64,000 bases of DNA, taken from the NCBI GenBank assembly GCA_965240325.2, contig OZ251237.1, forward strand, positions 744,001 through 808,000. The letters are read 5' to 3'. Positions 1 to 9,854 of the stretch are shown one piece after another (the first letter of the stretch is position 1; each line of letters opens with the position of its first letter). Both the position numbers and the translations under genes were made by a program. A model generated the notes under the pieces. The model saw only the letters and a program-made list of their open reading frames with translations. It was not told the DNA's origin and did no database searches. The stretch comes from Rebecca billardiae RCC1528. Its lineage: Eukaryota; Protista; Haptophyta.

Positions 1-269
1 TTTGAAACGTGGTTCGGGTCCGCACTGCGGGCTCCACGCTGCGCGCTCCGCCCTGCACCGCGGGCCATAATATAACAGCTAACTCAATTAAAGTCGTAGT
101 ATTATATAACATGCAGTAGTCATCTGCTAGCTACTTACTTAAGTTACTAATAAGCTACTTTGAGCTGGCCGGGGTACGGGGCTGGGCCTGGAGGCTTCAG
201 CCGCCGGTCTGTACGACCAGTAACATCGTTGGAGCAGCGTCGTCAACTCGTCATGATGCATCATCATCA

Positions 270-1670
270 TCATGATGCATCATCAATAACATCAGCATTC
301 TGATGATCAACGTGAACGTCGTGACGAGTATTCATGCCGCCATCAACATGTAGCACCACGGCAAGCGCCCCTGCAGGCGGCACAGCCATGAACAGCGACA
401 GCAGCAGCGGCGGCGGCGGCAGCGCGCACGCCTCGCACGCGCCGGACGCCGCTTGCCCATGCGCGGCGATTGCCGCCGCCGAGACGATGGCGCGCGCGCT
501 GAAGTGCAGCCCCATGGCAGTGGCGCGCAGCCGGCCGTCGAAGCGGCCGAGGCTGAAGTCCAGGCACTGCACGATGGCAACCGAGCGCGCGATGGGCACC
601 GCGAGCATCGCACCCACGTATCCGAGCCACGCAACCGGCTGCGAAGGCCCGTGCGCCGCAGCGACCAGCGCAGCGGCGGCCGCGGCGGCGAGCAGCGGCG
701 CGGCGGCCAGCAAAGCGAGCGCTGCCGAGAGGGCAGGGCGCCGCGGGCTGACTCCAGCAAGGGCACACCCGCGCTTGAGTGCGCGTGCGATCTCCGGGGC
801 ACGGAACGAGCCGACCACGCCCGCGCCAGCGTACACGGCCATGTACCCGCCGTACGTGAACACGCCGCGCCCAAAGTAGCCAAGCACCACGTCCGGCGAG
901 GCCGCTATGAACAGCCACGCGGCGGCGCACGAGCACGCGTCCGCACAGAGGTGAGCCATATACGGCAGGTCGCCTGTGAGGACGCCGAGCGTGCGCAGCA
1001 CACCGGGACGCTCGTCGACGCCATCGAGCGCGTCGTACGCGGGCAGGTCAGTGGCCCCATCGTCCGCACCGCCATGCGCGGACGCCGGCCGCGCGCGCTC
1101 GCCCGCATCCCCTGCGAAGACCGCGGCAAACACCGCTGCGGCCAGCGTGCCCGTGACTGCAAGCAGGGCAAACACCGATCGCCAGCCGCATAGTGCCAGC
1201 GCGAGCGAGCCGATGCTCGGCGCGCCGAGCACGGCGAGCGTGCGCGCCGCGACCACGCGCGAGAGCACGCGCTCGCGGGCGGGCGCGTCGCCTTCGAAAC
1301 GGTCGCCAATCATTGCCTGCGCCGCGACGAGCGACGCGGCGCCACCGACCGCCTGCGCGACGCGGAGCGCCAGCAGCAGGCGCAGCGAGGTGGGTAGCGC
1401 GGCAATCGCACTCGCCGCGACAAAGAGCACAAGCCCGATGGCCAGCGTCCGCACCCGGCCACACGTGTCCGCGCACGCCCCGACGAGCGGGTACGCGAAG
1501 CCAAGCGCGAGGAGAAAGACGGTGATCACAGACTGCGCGTGCGCGACGGGCACTCCGTACTCGAGGGCGATCGCGGGCAGCGAGGGCGCCACAACATCGG
1601 ATGCGAACGCCGCAAGGATTCCGAGCAGCACGAGCGCCGGCTCGAGGCAGCCCGCCAACAGTGCTAGCAT
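270..1670 (-). CDS. MFS transporter, DHA1/Bcr-CflA drug:H+ antiporter-like
   Basis: 466-aa ORF with ~12 hydrophobic segments. Contains DVVAPSLPAIA (Bcr/CflA D.Y.P.LP.I motif), an MFS motif A-like GACADTCGRVRTL, and motif B-like LRVAQAVG. Confidence 0.85.
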   Translation of the reverse strand: MLALLAGCLEPALVLLGILAAFASDVVAPSLPAIALEYGVPVAHAQSVITVFLLALGFAYPLVGACADTCGRVRTLAIGLVLFVAASAIAALPTSLRLLLALRVAQAVGGAASLVAAQAMIGDRFEGDAPARERVLSRVVAARTLAVLGAPSIGSLALALCGWRSVFALLAVTGTLAAAVFAAVFAGDAGERARPASAHGGADDGATDLPAYDALDGVDERPGVLRTLGVLTGDLPYMAHLCADACSCAAAWLFIAASPDVVLGYFGRGVFTYGGYMAVYAGAGVVGSFRAPEIARALKRGCALAGVSPRRPALSAALALLAAAPLLAAAAAAALVAAAHGPSQPVAWLGYVGAMLAVPIARSVAIVQCLDFSLGRFDGRLRATAMGLHFSARAIVSAAAIAAHGQAASGACEACALPPPPLLLSLFMAVPPAGALAVVLHVDGGMNTRHDVHVDHQNADVIDDAS

Positions 1671-1709
1671 CAGAAACAGTGATGGACGACGAACCGCCGC
1701 GCGCCATCT

Positions 1710-2785
1710 GAGGCCACTTCACCGAAATCCAGGTTGGGGAGGATCTCCGCTGCACTGGTGGGGAGGATGTCATCCTCCCCGCTCGCCACGGCTGGGGAGG
1801 ATGTCCGCCGCGCTGTCCGGTCTTTCGCCGCTGACAAAACTTTCGAAAACGAAAGTCGCGCTATGGCGGACCCGGTGTTCCCGCCCGGCGGCGAAAGGGG
1901 CGCGGGGCCGGTGGCTCGCGATCCGAAGGGCAGTAGCACGCGACCTCGCTTGGGCGGTGGCAGCGGCGCTGTGGCACGGCGTGTACCATCCGCGCGGCTG
2001 TGCGCGATCGCGCGGTCCCGTTCGTCGCCACGCCGCGCGCGACCGTTCACGCCACAGTCTTTCCGCACTGGCATGCACCCGTCGCAAGCGCATGACGGCG
2101 GAGAGCTCAGAGAGCCCGTCACGCGCGTGACGACCGTGTGGGATGGGTTGTACAGCTTGTCTTCATGTTCAGGGAGGCACGCGCCGGCCCATGAGGCGGG
2201 CATGAGGATCATGGACGGCTGCTGTACTGTCCACAACTCCATGGCCGTGTGGCAGGCGATGACTCATCTTTCAGCAGTTAGGAATGGTCTGAACGTTGGA
2301 TGGGCTCATCAGAAAGCCTACGAAGGGCAGCCTTCATATCGGCACAACCCATCCCACACGGTCGTCACGCGCGTGACGGGCTCTCTGAGCTCTCCGCCGT
2401 CATGCGCTTGCAACGGGTGCATGCCAGTGCGGAAAGACTGTGGCGTGAACGGTCGCGCGCGGCGTGGCGACGAACGGGACCGCGCGATCGCGCACAGCCG
2501 CGCGGATGGTACACGCCGTGCCACAGCGCCGCTGCCACCGCCCAAGCGAGGTCGCGAGCTACTGCCCTTCGGATCGCGAGCCACCGGCCCCGCGCCCCTT
2601 TCGCCGCCGGGCGGGAACACCGGGTCCGCCATAGCGCGACTTTCGTTTTCGAAAGTTTTGTCAGCGGCGAAAGACCGGACAGCGCGGCGGACATCCTCCC
2701 CAGCCGTGGCGAGCGGGGAGGATGACATCCTCCCCACCAGTGCAGCGGAGATCCTCCCCAACCTGGATTTCGGTGAAGTGGCCTC
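1710..2785. mobile_element. Foldback/MITE-like non-autonomous DNA transposon with 442-bp terminal inverted repeats and 5-bp TSD
   Basis: 1710-2151 is the reverse complement of 2344-2785 (about 2 mismatches by eye), with a 192-bp spacer. Termini are GAGGCC...GGCCTC. The direct repeat CATCT sits at 1705-1709 and 2786-2790. Confidence 0.9.
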
Positions 2786-2901
2786 CATCTCCCACGCGAT
2801 CCCGCCAGTCACAAACGAGCCGTATTAATCACTGTACTTAGTAGTAGTAATGATCTCATGCTTCATGCCCACCCAGCAACCAGCAGGGTGGGAGGGCAGG
2901 G

Positions 2902-4503
2902 AGAAACAACTCCCAGAGGAGGAGCAGCCACCAGCGCAGCGGTGACCAGAGCAGCCACGCCGGCCGCCGCGCCGCGGGTGCAGCCAGCGAGCGCGGCCGC
3001 ACCCAGACGCGCATGGCTTGCCAAGCTGCTGAGCCAATCCAGGCCCGCGCCCAATCCGGGCCTGGCTCGGCTTGACGACCGGAAAACCTCCAGGCAGCCG
3101 GACCCTGGCTGCCAGCCCGCCCTCATGAGGGCTACCGGTGAGTTATACCCGCATAACCGAGCGGTTATACAACCATAACTCACTCGGTAGACCCACATGA
3201 GAGTAGATTGAGGTGGGGGCCGCGTTGATAAACGCGTGAGGTGACTAGGTCACACCCCCGAAGCCGTCCAGGATGCGACGCCGACCAGGAAGGACTCGCC
3301 GATGCATTCGAGCAACTACGCCGACAGAAGCCGATGACCGCCTAGACGCCGAAGAGGAAGTACTCGATGGAGCACGTAGACCGCAGGCGCTGGCAGCCGA
3401 CGCCCCCCCCCAACGCAAGTTTGGGCAGAGCGCGGCGCCGCAGGAGGCAGAGGCCTCGAGGGCCTCCACCCAGAAGGAGGTGTGGAATGCCACACCCCGC
3501 AGGGGTGGTGGCCGGGGGCCCGAAGAGGCCGAGGCCGCCGAAGGGGTAGCGCGAGGACCGAAGGCGGCAGAGGCCCAGAGGGGCTCCCCGCAGGGTTGTA
3601 TGAGTAAGGACGATCCAGACGGCATGAGACAGTGGGCACGAAAACATGCGCGGCGGCGGCGGCGCAGGCGGGAAGCAGGCGCGAGACACGCACGCGTAGC
3701 GTCAGATAAGGTAGCAGGTCGCATCCCACACACAGCAGTGCACGGCAGACTGCAGAGGAGGCGGCAGAGAAGGAGAGAGCAGCACCCACCCGCCAGGCGA
3801 TGAAGGCAAGCGAGACTGCGAAGCGTGAGAAGATTGCAGACGGGGACGCCTGGGAGCGGTTCCCAGGCGCCCCCATCGAAAGCAGAGCATGAGAAGATTG
3901 CAGACGGGGACGCCTCGAAGCGGTTCCGAGGCGCCCCCATTGAAAGCAGAGCATGAGAAGATTGCAGACGGGGACGCCTCGAAGCGGTTCCGAGGCGCCC
4001 CCATCGAAAGCAGAGCATGAGAAGATAGATTGCAGACGGGGACGCCTCGAAGCGGCTCCGAGGCGCCCCCATCGAAAGCAGATAGAGCATGAGAAGATTG
4101 CAGACGGGGACGCCTCGAAGCGGCTCCGAGGCGCCCCCATCGAAAGCAGAGAGCAAGCAGGGCAGGTGCACGAGTGGAGAGAGCGAGGGCTGAGGGCGGC
4201 CTACCGCCGACGCACACGCACCTGGAAGAAACAACTCCCAGAGGAGGAGCAGCCACCAGCGCAGCGGTGACCAGAGCAGCCACGCCGGCCGCCGCGCCGC
4301 GGGTGCAGCCAGCGAGCGCGGCCGCACCCAGACGCGCATGGCTTGCCAAGCTGCTGAGCCAATCCAGGCCCGCGCCCAATCCGGGCCTGGCTCGGCTTGA
4401 CGACCGGAAAACCTCCAGGCAGCCGGACCCTGGCTGCCAGCCCGCCCTCATGAGGGCTACCGGTGAGTTATACCCGCATAACCGAGCGGTTATACAACCA
4501 TAA
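2902..4503. mobile_element. Non-coding element bounded by 277-bp direct repeats (LTR-like or non-autonomous retroelement-like)
   Basis: 2902-3178 and 4227-4503 appear identical (AGAAACAACTCC...TACAACCATAA). No TG..CA ends, no clear TSD and no recognisable RT/integrase ORF. Confidence 0.6.
3827..4151. repeat. Tandem array of five ~64-bp hairpin-containing units
   Basis: Unit GAGAAGATTGCAGACGGGGACGCCTCGAAGCGGTTCCGAGGCGCCCCCATCGAAAGCAGAGCAT starts at 3827, 3891, 3955, 4019 (72 bp, with two 4-nt insertions) and 4091. Confidence 0.95.
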
Positions 4504-4768
4504 TCTGTATGTCGTCATATTTGGAGCCCAGCTAGCATTCGTTATTTTGTATTTAAGGGCCCTTTGTAGAACCTCCGCCCGCCGCTCATTATTATTTTCT
4601 CGATCGAAGCGAACTGTGATCGGGATCGCGGTTGGATCCCTCATCCCCGGTAGGTGTGCAGCCGCCGGGCGCGCGGCGCCGGTGCCGAAGAACCACCGAA
4701 GGCAAGAACCGACTGAATCTGTCGTCATAACCCGCGGTGACCTCCGAGTGGAACGCGTGGCCCCCGGC

Positions 4769-5854
4769 ATGGAGCTGGGTGGCGTATCGGGCCTTCTCTG
4801 CGCCGCCTCTTTCGCATCGCTCAGCACCGCAGTGCTACTGCTCTTCCGCGCGCGCACACGCGAGAGGAATGTGCGTGTGGCCCTTGCAGAAGCCGTGTCA
4901 CGAAACCGCACGCTCTGCCTCGAGGTGTTGCAGCACCGGCGCGCGGTGATGAACGCGTCGCCATCGAGTGTCGACCGGGCACGCAGTTTCAAGCCGCGAG
5001 CGAGCGACATTCTGATCGCCACGTACCCGAAGAGCGGCACGACGTGGGCCTCGCACATCCTGCACTCGCTGCGCTCTGGCGGTGATCTCGACTACCGTGA
5101 GATCACAGACGTTGTGCCATACAATCTGTTTGCTGAAGATCTCGGGCAGAAACTCGACGCAGATCAAGGGTGGGAGCCGCGCCTCTTCAAGACGCACGAC
5201 TCAGCGGACGTGCTCTCGCAGGGCGGGCGGTATGTCGTCGTGTTCCGCGACCCAACCGACGTGCTCCTTTCGATGCACGAGTATGTACTGGCTTATTGCG
5301 GACTGCTGCCAGATGATGTGGACGTTGCTGACTTCGCGCACGCAATGCTGCACGAGAACGTTTACTCTGCAGACCTCTGGCAGTTCATGCTCGGCCACTG
5401 GCTCCGTCGCCACCACAGTGGCTGCCTGCTCCTCTTTTACGAGGACATGGTCGATGACACCCCCTCGCAGGTGCGCCGGCTGGCTGCGTTCATGGGCGTC
5501 GCGGACGAGGACGTGATACAACTCGCTGTCAAGCAGGCAAGCCGCGAGTTCATGACGAGTGATGAGCACGCACACCGCTTCGACGACTCTCCCGTGCGCA
5601 CAGTCTGCATCAGGGCACTGGCTAACCGGCTTGCGTGTTTGCCGGCGCTCGGCGAGTTCAACCCACACGCTGCTGCCAAGGCCAAGCTGGCCTCCGCTGA
5701 GCGTGCTTCGTCGCGCCAGCGTGTGCGTGCGCGCGCAGAGGAGTCGGGCAGTATCGCCAAGTTCGAAGCACGCTGGGCCAAGGTTATACACGCAGCCACC
5801 GGCCTCACAGGCTATGCCGAGATGCGTCGGGCCTTCGCGACGGAGCAGCTGTGA
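4769..5854 (+). CDS. PAPS-dependent sulfotransferase (Sulfotransfer_1-like) with N-terminal hydrophobic anchor
   Basis: 5'PSB motif DILIATYPKSGTTW, FKTH, 3'PB motif VFRDPTDVLLS, and LLLFYEDM. First in-frame ATG is at 4769. Confidence 0.9.
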   Translation: MELGGVSGLLCAASFASLSTAVLLLFRARTRERNVRVALAEAVSRNRTLCLEVLQHRRAVMNASPSSVDRARSFKPRASDILIATYPKSGTTWASHILHSLRSGGDLDYREITDVVPYNLFAEDLGQKLDADQGWEPRLFKTHDSADVLSQGGRYVVVFRDPTDVLLSMHEYVLAYCGLLPDDVDVADFAHAMLHENVYSADLWQFMLGHWLRRHHSGCLLLFYEDMVDDTPSQVRRLAAFMGVADEDVIQLAVKQASREFMTSDEHAHRFDDSPVRTVCIRALANRLACLPALGEFNPHAAAKAKLASAERASSRQRVRARAEESGSIAKFEARWAKVIHAATGLTGYAEMRRAFATEQL

Positions 5855-6360
5855 GATGACGAGCTGATGCTTACTGCTGGTAGTAGCAGCCGTATCGCTA
5901 CACTCGAGTACGGGCTGGATGTGCTCATGTACGTGGCGACGACCTGTCGACGGCGCCACCGGTTGACGAGTGCTGGGTGACTAGTGTAGTTTTGGCACCC
6001 TGGGACCTAGACTAGTCAATAAGTCAATCGGGGCGGCGCCGGCCTACTCAGAGTACTCACTCACTAACAGTACAGTCAGTACTCTCTTATCTCAGCAATG
6101 CTACTACCCGCCTATTAGCCGAAAGCCCGCGCCTTCGAATCCCTTATACCGACGATATCATACGACGTACAGACGCGAGGCAGTAGGCAAGACTGCTATA
6201 CAGACTACGACGGTCACTAGTCACTTGTGAGTCGACTGCAGAGTCTCAGCTGCACGGTGAGACTGGCCGCTGCGCGGGCCGGCGCACGCGGCCCGCGGCC
6301 GCAGGCGGCACGGCCGCACGGTGAGGTGCATGTGCTCCTCGCGCAGGCCGCTCCGCGCGC

Positions 6361-7946
6361 TCACTTCTTGGCGTGCGCCTCCTTGAGCATGTCGATCGCC
6401 TTCGTGCCCATCAGGTCCGTCAGCTCGCACGCGTCGTAGTAGTCCACGTCTGGCACGTCGGCGAGCGTCTTCTCGCCGCCGCACACCGCCTGGAACTTGG
6501 AGATGCCGACGCACGAGCAGTTGAACTCGCCGACGACGTAATCGGTCGAGCCGGGCGTGGGGCCGTCCATCGGGATGAAGTCGGCGGTCCAGAGGAGCGG
6601 CAGTGGCTCGCCCTCGATCTCGAGCGCCTTCTTCAGCTGCGGCATGTCCTCGACCAGGAACTTGTACTCCAGCGTCGCGTAGTGCGGGTCGCCCGGCTTG
6701 TAGTAGGTGTACGCCGAGTTGCCGCCGACGGCCGAGAGGCCGCCGCCCTCCGGCTTCTTGTGGATCATCATCTGCAGCACGTTGCCGACCATCAGCATGC
6801 GCACCTCGCCCTCCGAGATGCGCGGCAGCAGCCGCTGGTCCACCAGCTGGCCGCCCGCCTCCTTGCCACCCTCGAGGTACTTTCCGGGAAACGTCGACTT
6901 CCACGAGCCCGCCTTGGGCGTCGTCGGGCCGTTGACGCAGAACTCGATGAACTCGCCGACCGTGTGGTACTCGATGTGGTTGTCGTTCATCTCCATCAGC
7001 TTGAGCTGGTCGTTGTCCGAGAGGACCGCGTCGCCGTAGTTCTTGCAGTAGTCCTTGCCCTGCAGCCACACGAGCCAGATGCCCTCGCCGGCCGAGCCCC
7101 TGTTCTGCTTGATGACGCGCGGCTGGAACGCGGCGTTCTTCTTGAAGCCCGCCTCGAGCTCGGCGCGGTCGTAGTAGGCCATGGTGTCGGGCAGGCCGCA
7201 CGAGAGCGCGTTGATCGCGCAGAGCGCGTCCTTCGCGCCCATCTTCGTCTGCACCTCCGGCGACGACCACACGAGCTTCCCCTTGGCGAGCTGGTCGTTC
7301 ATCAGCTTGTCGAAGCGCTCCTGCGTGCCCGGCAGCGTCCCCTGCGAGAGCTGGCCGGGGTTGATGCGCACGATGAGCGCGTCGAACTTCTCGACGTACT
7401 TGGCGAACTCGTCGTGCTTCGTGTCGTAGTACTTGACGATCTCGCACTGGTTCCCCGTCTTGATCACGCCGTTGGCGATCGGGATCGAGTCGACGCGGTG
7501 CCCATCCGGGCCCTGCGGCGGCAACGGGCGGCGCGGCGCGCGAGCGCGCGCGCGCGCGCGGCCGGTGAGCGGTCGCGGCGGCGCGCGCGCGGAGAGCGGC
7601 GCGCGGCGCGCAGCCCGCGCCCCCGCGCCGGCGCGGCTCGCGCGCGCACCTTGTCCGTGCCGCCGTTCTTCGCGCCCGGCACGTTAAACTCGACGACGCA
7701 CAGCTTGAACTGCGGCTTCGACGGCTGTGGCATCAGCGAGTTGTAGCGGCAGTCGGCGACGGCCTGAGGGAGGGGTCCGCTGTGCCGGGCCTTCTCGATG
7801 AAGGAGGCAAAGTCCTGCGCGTACACCGGCGCCATTGCGAAGAGGCCACGGCGCTCCTCCGCCGGCGTCGACACGTAGCGGTAGGCAAGCGCAGCGCTGC
7901 CTGCGGCGGCAACCGCGCCCGAGCCAAGCCGAAGTGCACGGAACAT
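6361..7946 (-). CDS. Cj0069/DUF6815-like ATP-grasp fold protein; 2 exons (intron 7513-7649)
   Basis: Splicing joins GGTDK|GPDGHRVDSIPIAN. Motifs RINPG, KMGAKDAL, RVIKQNRGSAGEGIW, WTADF and GEFNCSCVG match my recollection of the Cj0069 family. N-terminus MFRALRLG resembles a mitochondrial presequence. Confidence 0.75.
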
Positions 7947-8552
7947 GCTGCGAGCGTGGAGAGGCGCAGGGTGGGATGTGGTGCGCGCGCGAGCACGCGA
8001 CGCGCGGGGCACACGCGTCGTCAGTCGAGGCAAGGGCGTTCGTGTGCGCGCCGGCACAAGCGTTCATTTGCGCGCGCCCGCGGATGCGGCGGGCACGGGC
8101 TGGCGGCGACGTGCACGAGGCGCCAGCGCGGCGGCGGCAAACAGCCATCGTGCACATCGTCGAGCCCGCGGCGGCCACGCGCGAGCCCGCGACGCGCGCG
8201 CGAGCGGCGCGCGCCAGCGCGTACGTTGTTGTGCGCGCAGCTCGAGCCCCTCGTCCTCGGCCGACCCCGAAAACCCCGACAGGCGAAGGCTAAAAGCGTT
8301 GATGACCGGACGTAAACGTTCCAAACGTTACCCACTTATGACGAACCCACGAAACGGCCGGTCGGAAGTACGAACATAAGGCATAAGCCGCACGTCGACC
8401 AATGAAATCGCTGGAAGTGAGCAGGCGCCCGTCCGGTCGCTCGGCGCAGCGGCCGCGCGGTTCTGCGCCCGCGCCCACCAACCACCCGGACCGGACTCTC
8501 TCAGCCGACCCGACCGCCCCGGCCGGTCCCCGCACCGGCACAGCCGATCGCT

Positions 8553-9816
8553 CTAGCGCTCCTCGCCGCCGCTGTTGTTGAAGAAGCGGCAGCGGCCGTC
8601 GAAGCTCGCTGTCGCGAGCTGCGGGTGGCGCGGGTTGAAGGCCACGTCGCTCACCACGTCCAGGTGGCCGCCGACCGCCTGCACGACCGTGCCCGTGTGC
8701 AGCGAGTAGAGCGTCGCGAGCTTATCCTCGCCGCCCACCGCGACGTACCGCATGCACGGCGAGAAGTCGCAGCCGACGGCGTGCTGCCGGTTGGTGTGCG
8801 AGGCGAAGCAGCGCACGGACCGCCCGGAGCGCAGGTCCCAGAGCCGCACGGTCCCATCCGACGCCGAGGTGAGGAACGTGTCGCCCGCCTCCGGCGCGCA
8901 GCGCACGCACCGCGCGGGCCGTGAGTGGCCGCCGCCGCTCAGCTCGCCCATGTTCAGACTGAGTGCCGGCCGGCCGGCATGCAGGTCGAACGCGTGCAGC
9001 GACTTGTCCGAGCCGGCCACGACCACCACGTGCGAGAGGAACGCGTTGGGCGCGGCGACGTCCGTGACGTACTGCGCGCCCGGCGCCCAGCTCAGCCCCA
9101 GCCGGTACCGCGGCGCGGGCGGCGCGCTCCCGCAGGAGGTGACAGCGACGGGTGGCGCGTGCGCCGCGCCCGCCGGTCCTCCCGGCAGGTTGAGTGCGTA
9201 CACCAGAAGGGAGGGGCCGCAGCCGAGCAGGAAGAGCTGGTCCATGTAGAAGAAGCGCGCGCAGCGCACCTCGGCGCCAAGCCGCGGGTTGGCCACGCGC
9301 CCACGCGCGCCGCCGCCGCCCGCGCCGCCGCCGCCGCCAGTCGCCGCGGCCGCACCGGGCTTGGGCGCGCCCGGCAGCTGCGCACCCGCGGGCTCGTACT
9401 GGAGGTGGCTCACGCGAACGAGCGGCTCCGAGCGCAGCGGCGCGTCGGGCGAGACGTCCCAGATGCACGCCGTCCCGTCGTCCGCCGCGCTGAGCAACAG
9501 CCTGCCCGAGTGTGACCACTCGAGCGCGCGCACCGCTCCATCGTGACCGAGCAGGAGGCTGGACTCACCCCTGTGCTTGAGAGCCGGGAGTCGGCTGATG
9601 GCAATGGTGGAGTCAGCCGCGCACGAGGCGAGGCGCGCCGCGTCCGGCGAGTACGCGCAGCGCAGCGCCGCGCTCTGGTGCAGGCCCTTGGACGCCCACT
9701 CCGCTGGTTGCGCCACGAGCTCGAAGGCAGCGTGCTCCCTGCCTCTGTCGTACGCAGCAAGCCGCGCAGCGCCGCCACCGCCACCGCCACCGCCACCGCC
9801 GCCGCCGCCACCGCCG

Positions 9817-9854
<38 letters not shown>

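Noticed and set aside
1670-2828. ORFs of 190, 364 and 164 aa
   Set aside because: They are mirror-image translations of the inverted repeat and carry no protein motifs.
3827-4151. CRISPR array
   Set aside because: The units repeat end to end with no unique spacers, there are no cas genes, and the context is eukaryotic.
2902-4503. Hammerhead ribozyme/retrozyme or canonical LTR retrotransposon
   Set aside because: I found no CUGANGA...GAAA core with proper stems, and no TG..CA ends, PBS or coding domains.
6130-6145. tRNA (TTCGAATCCC T-loop-like)
   Set aside because: No cloverleaf stems surround the motif.
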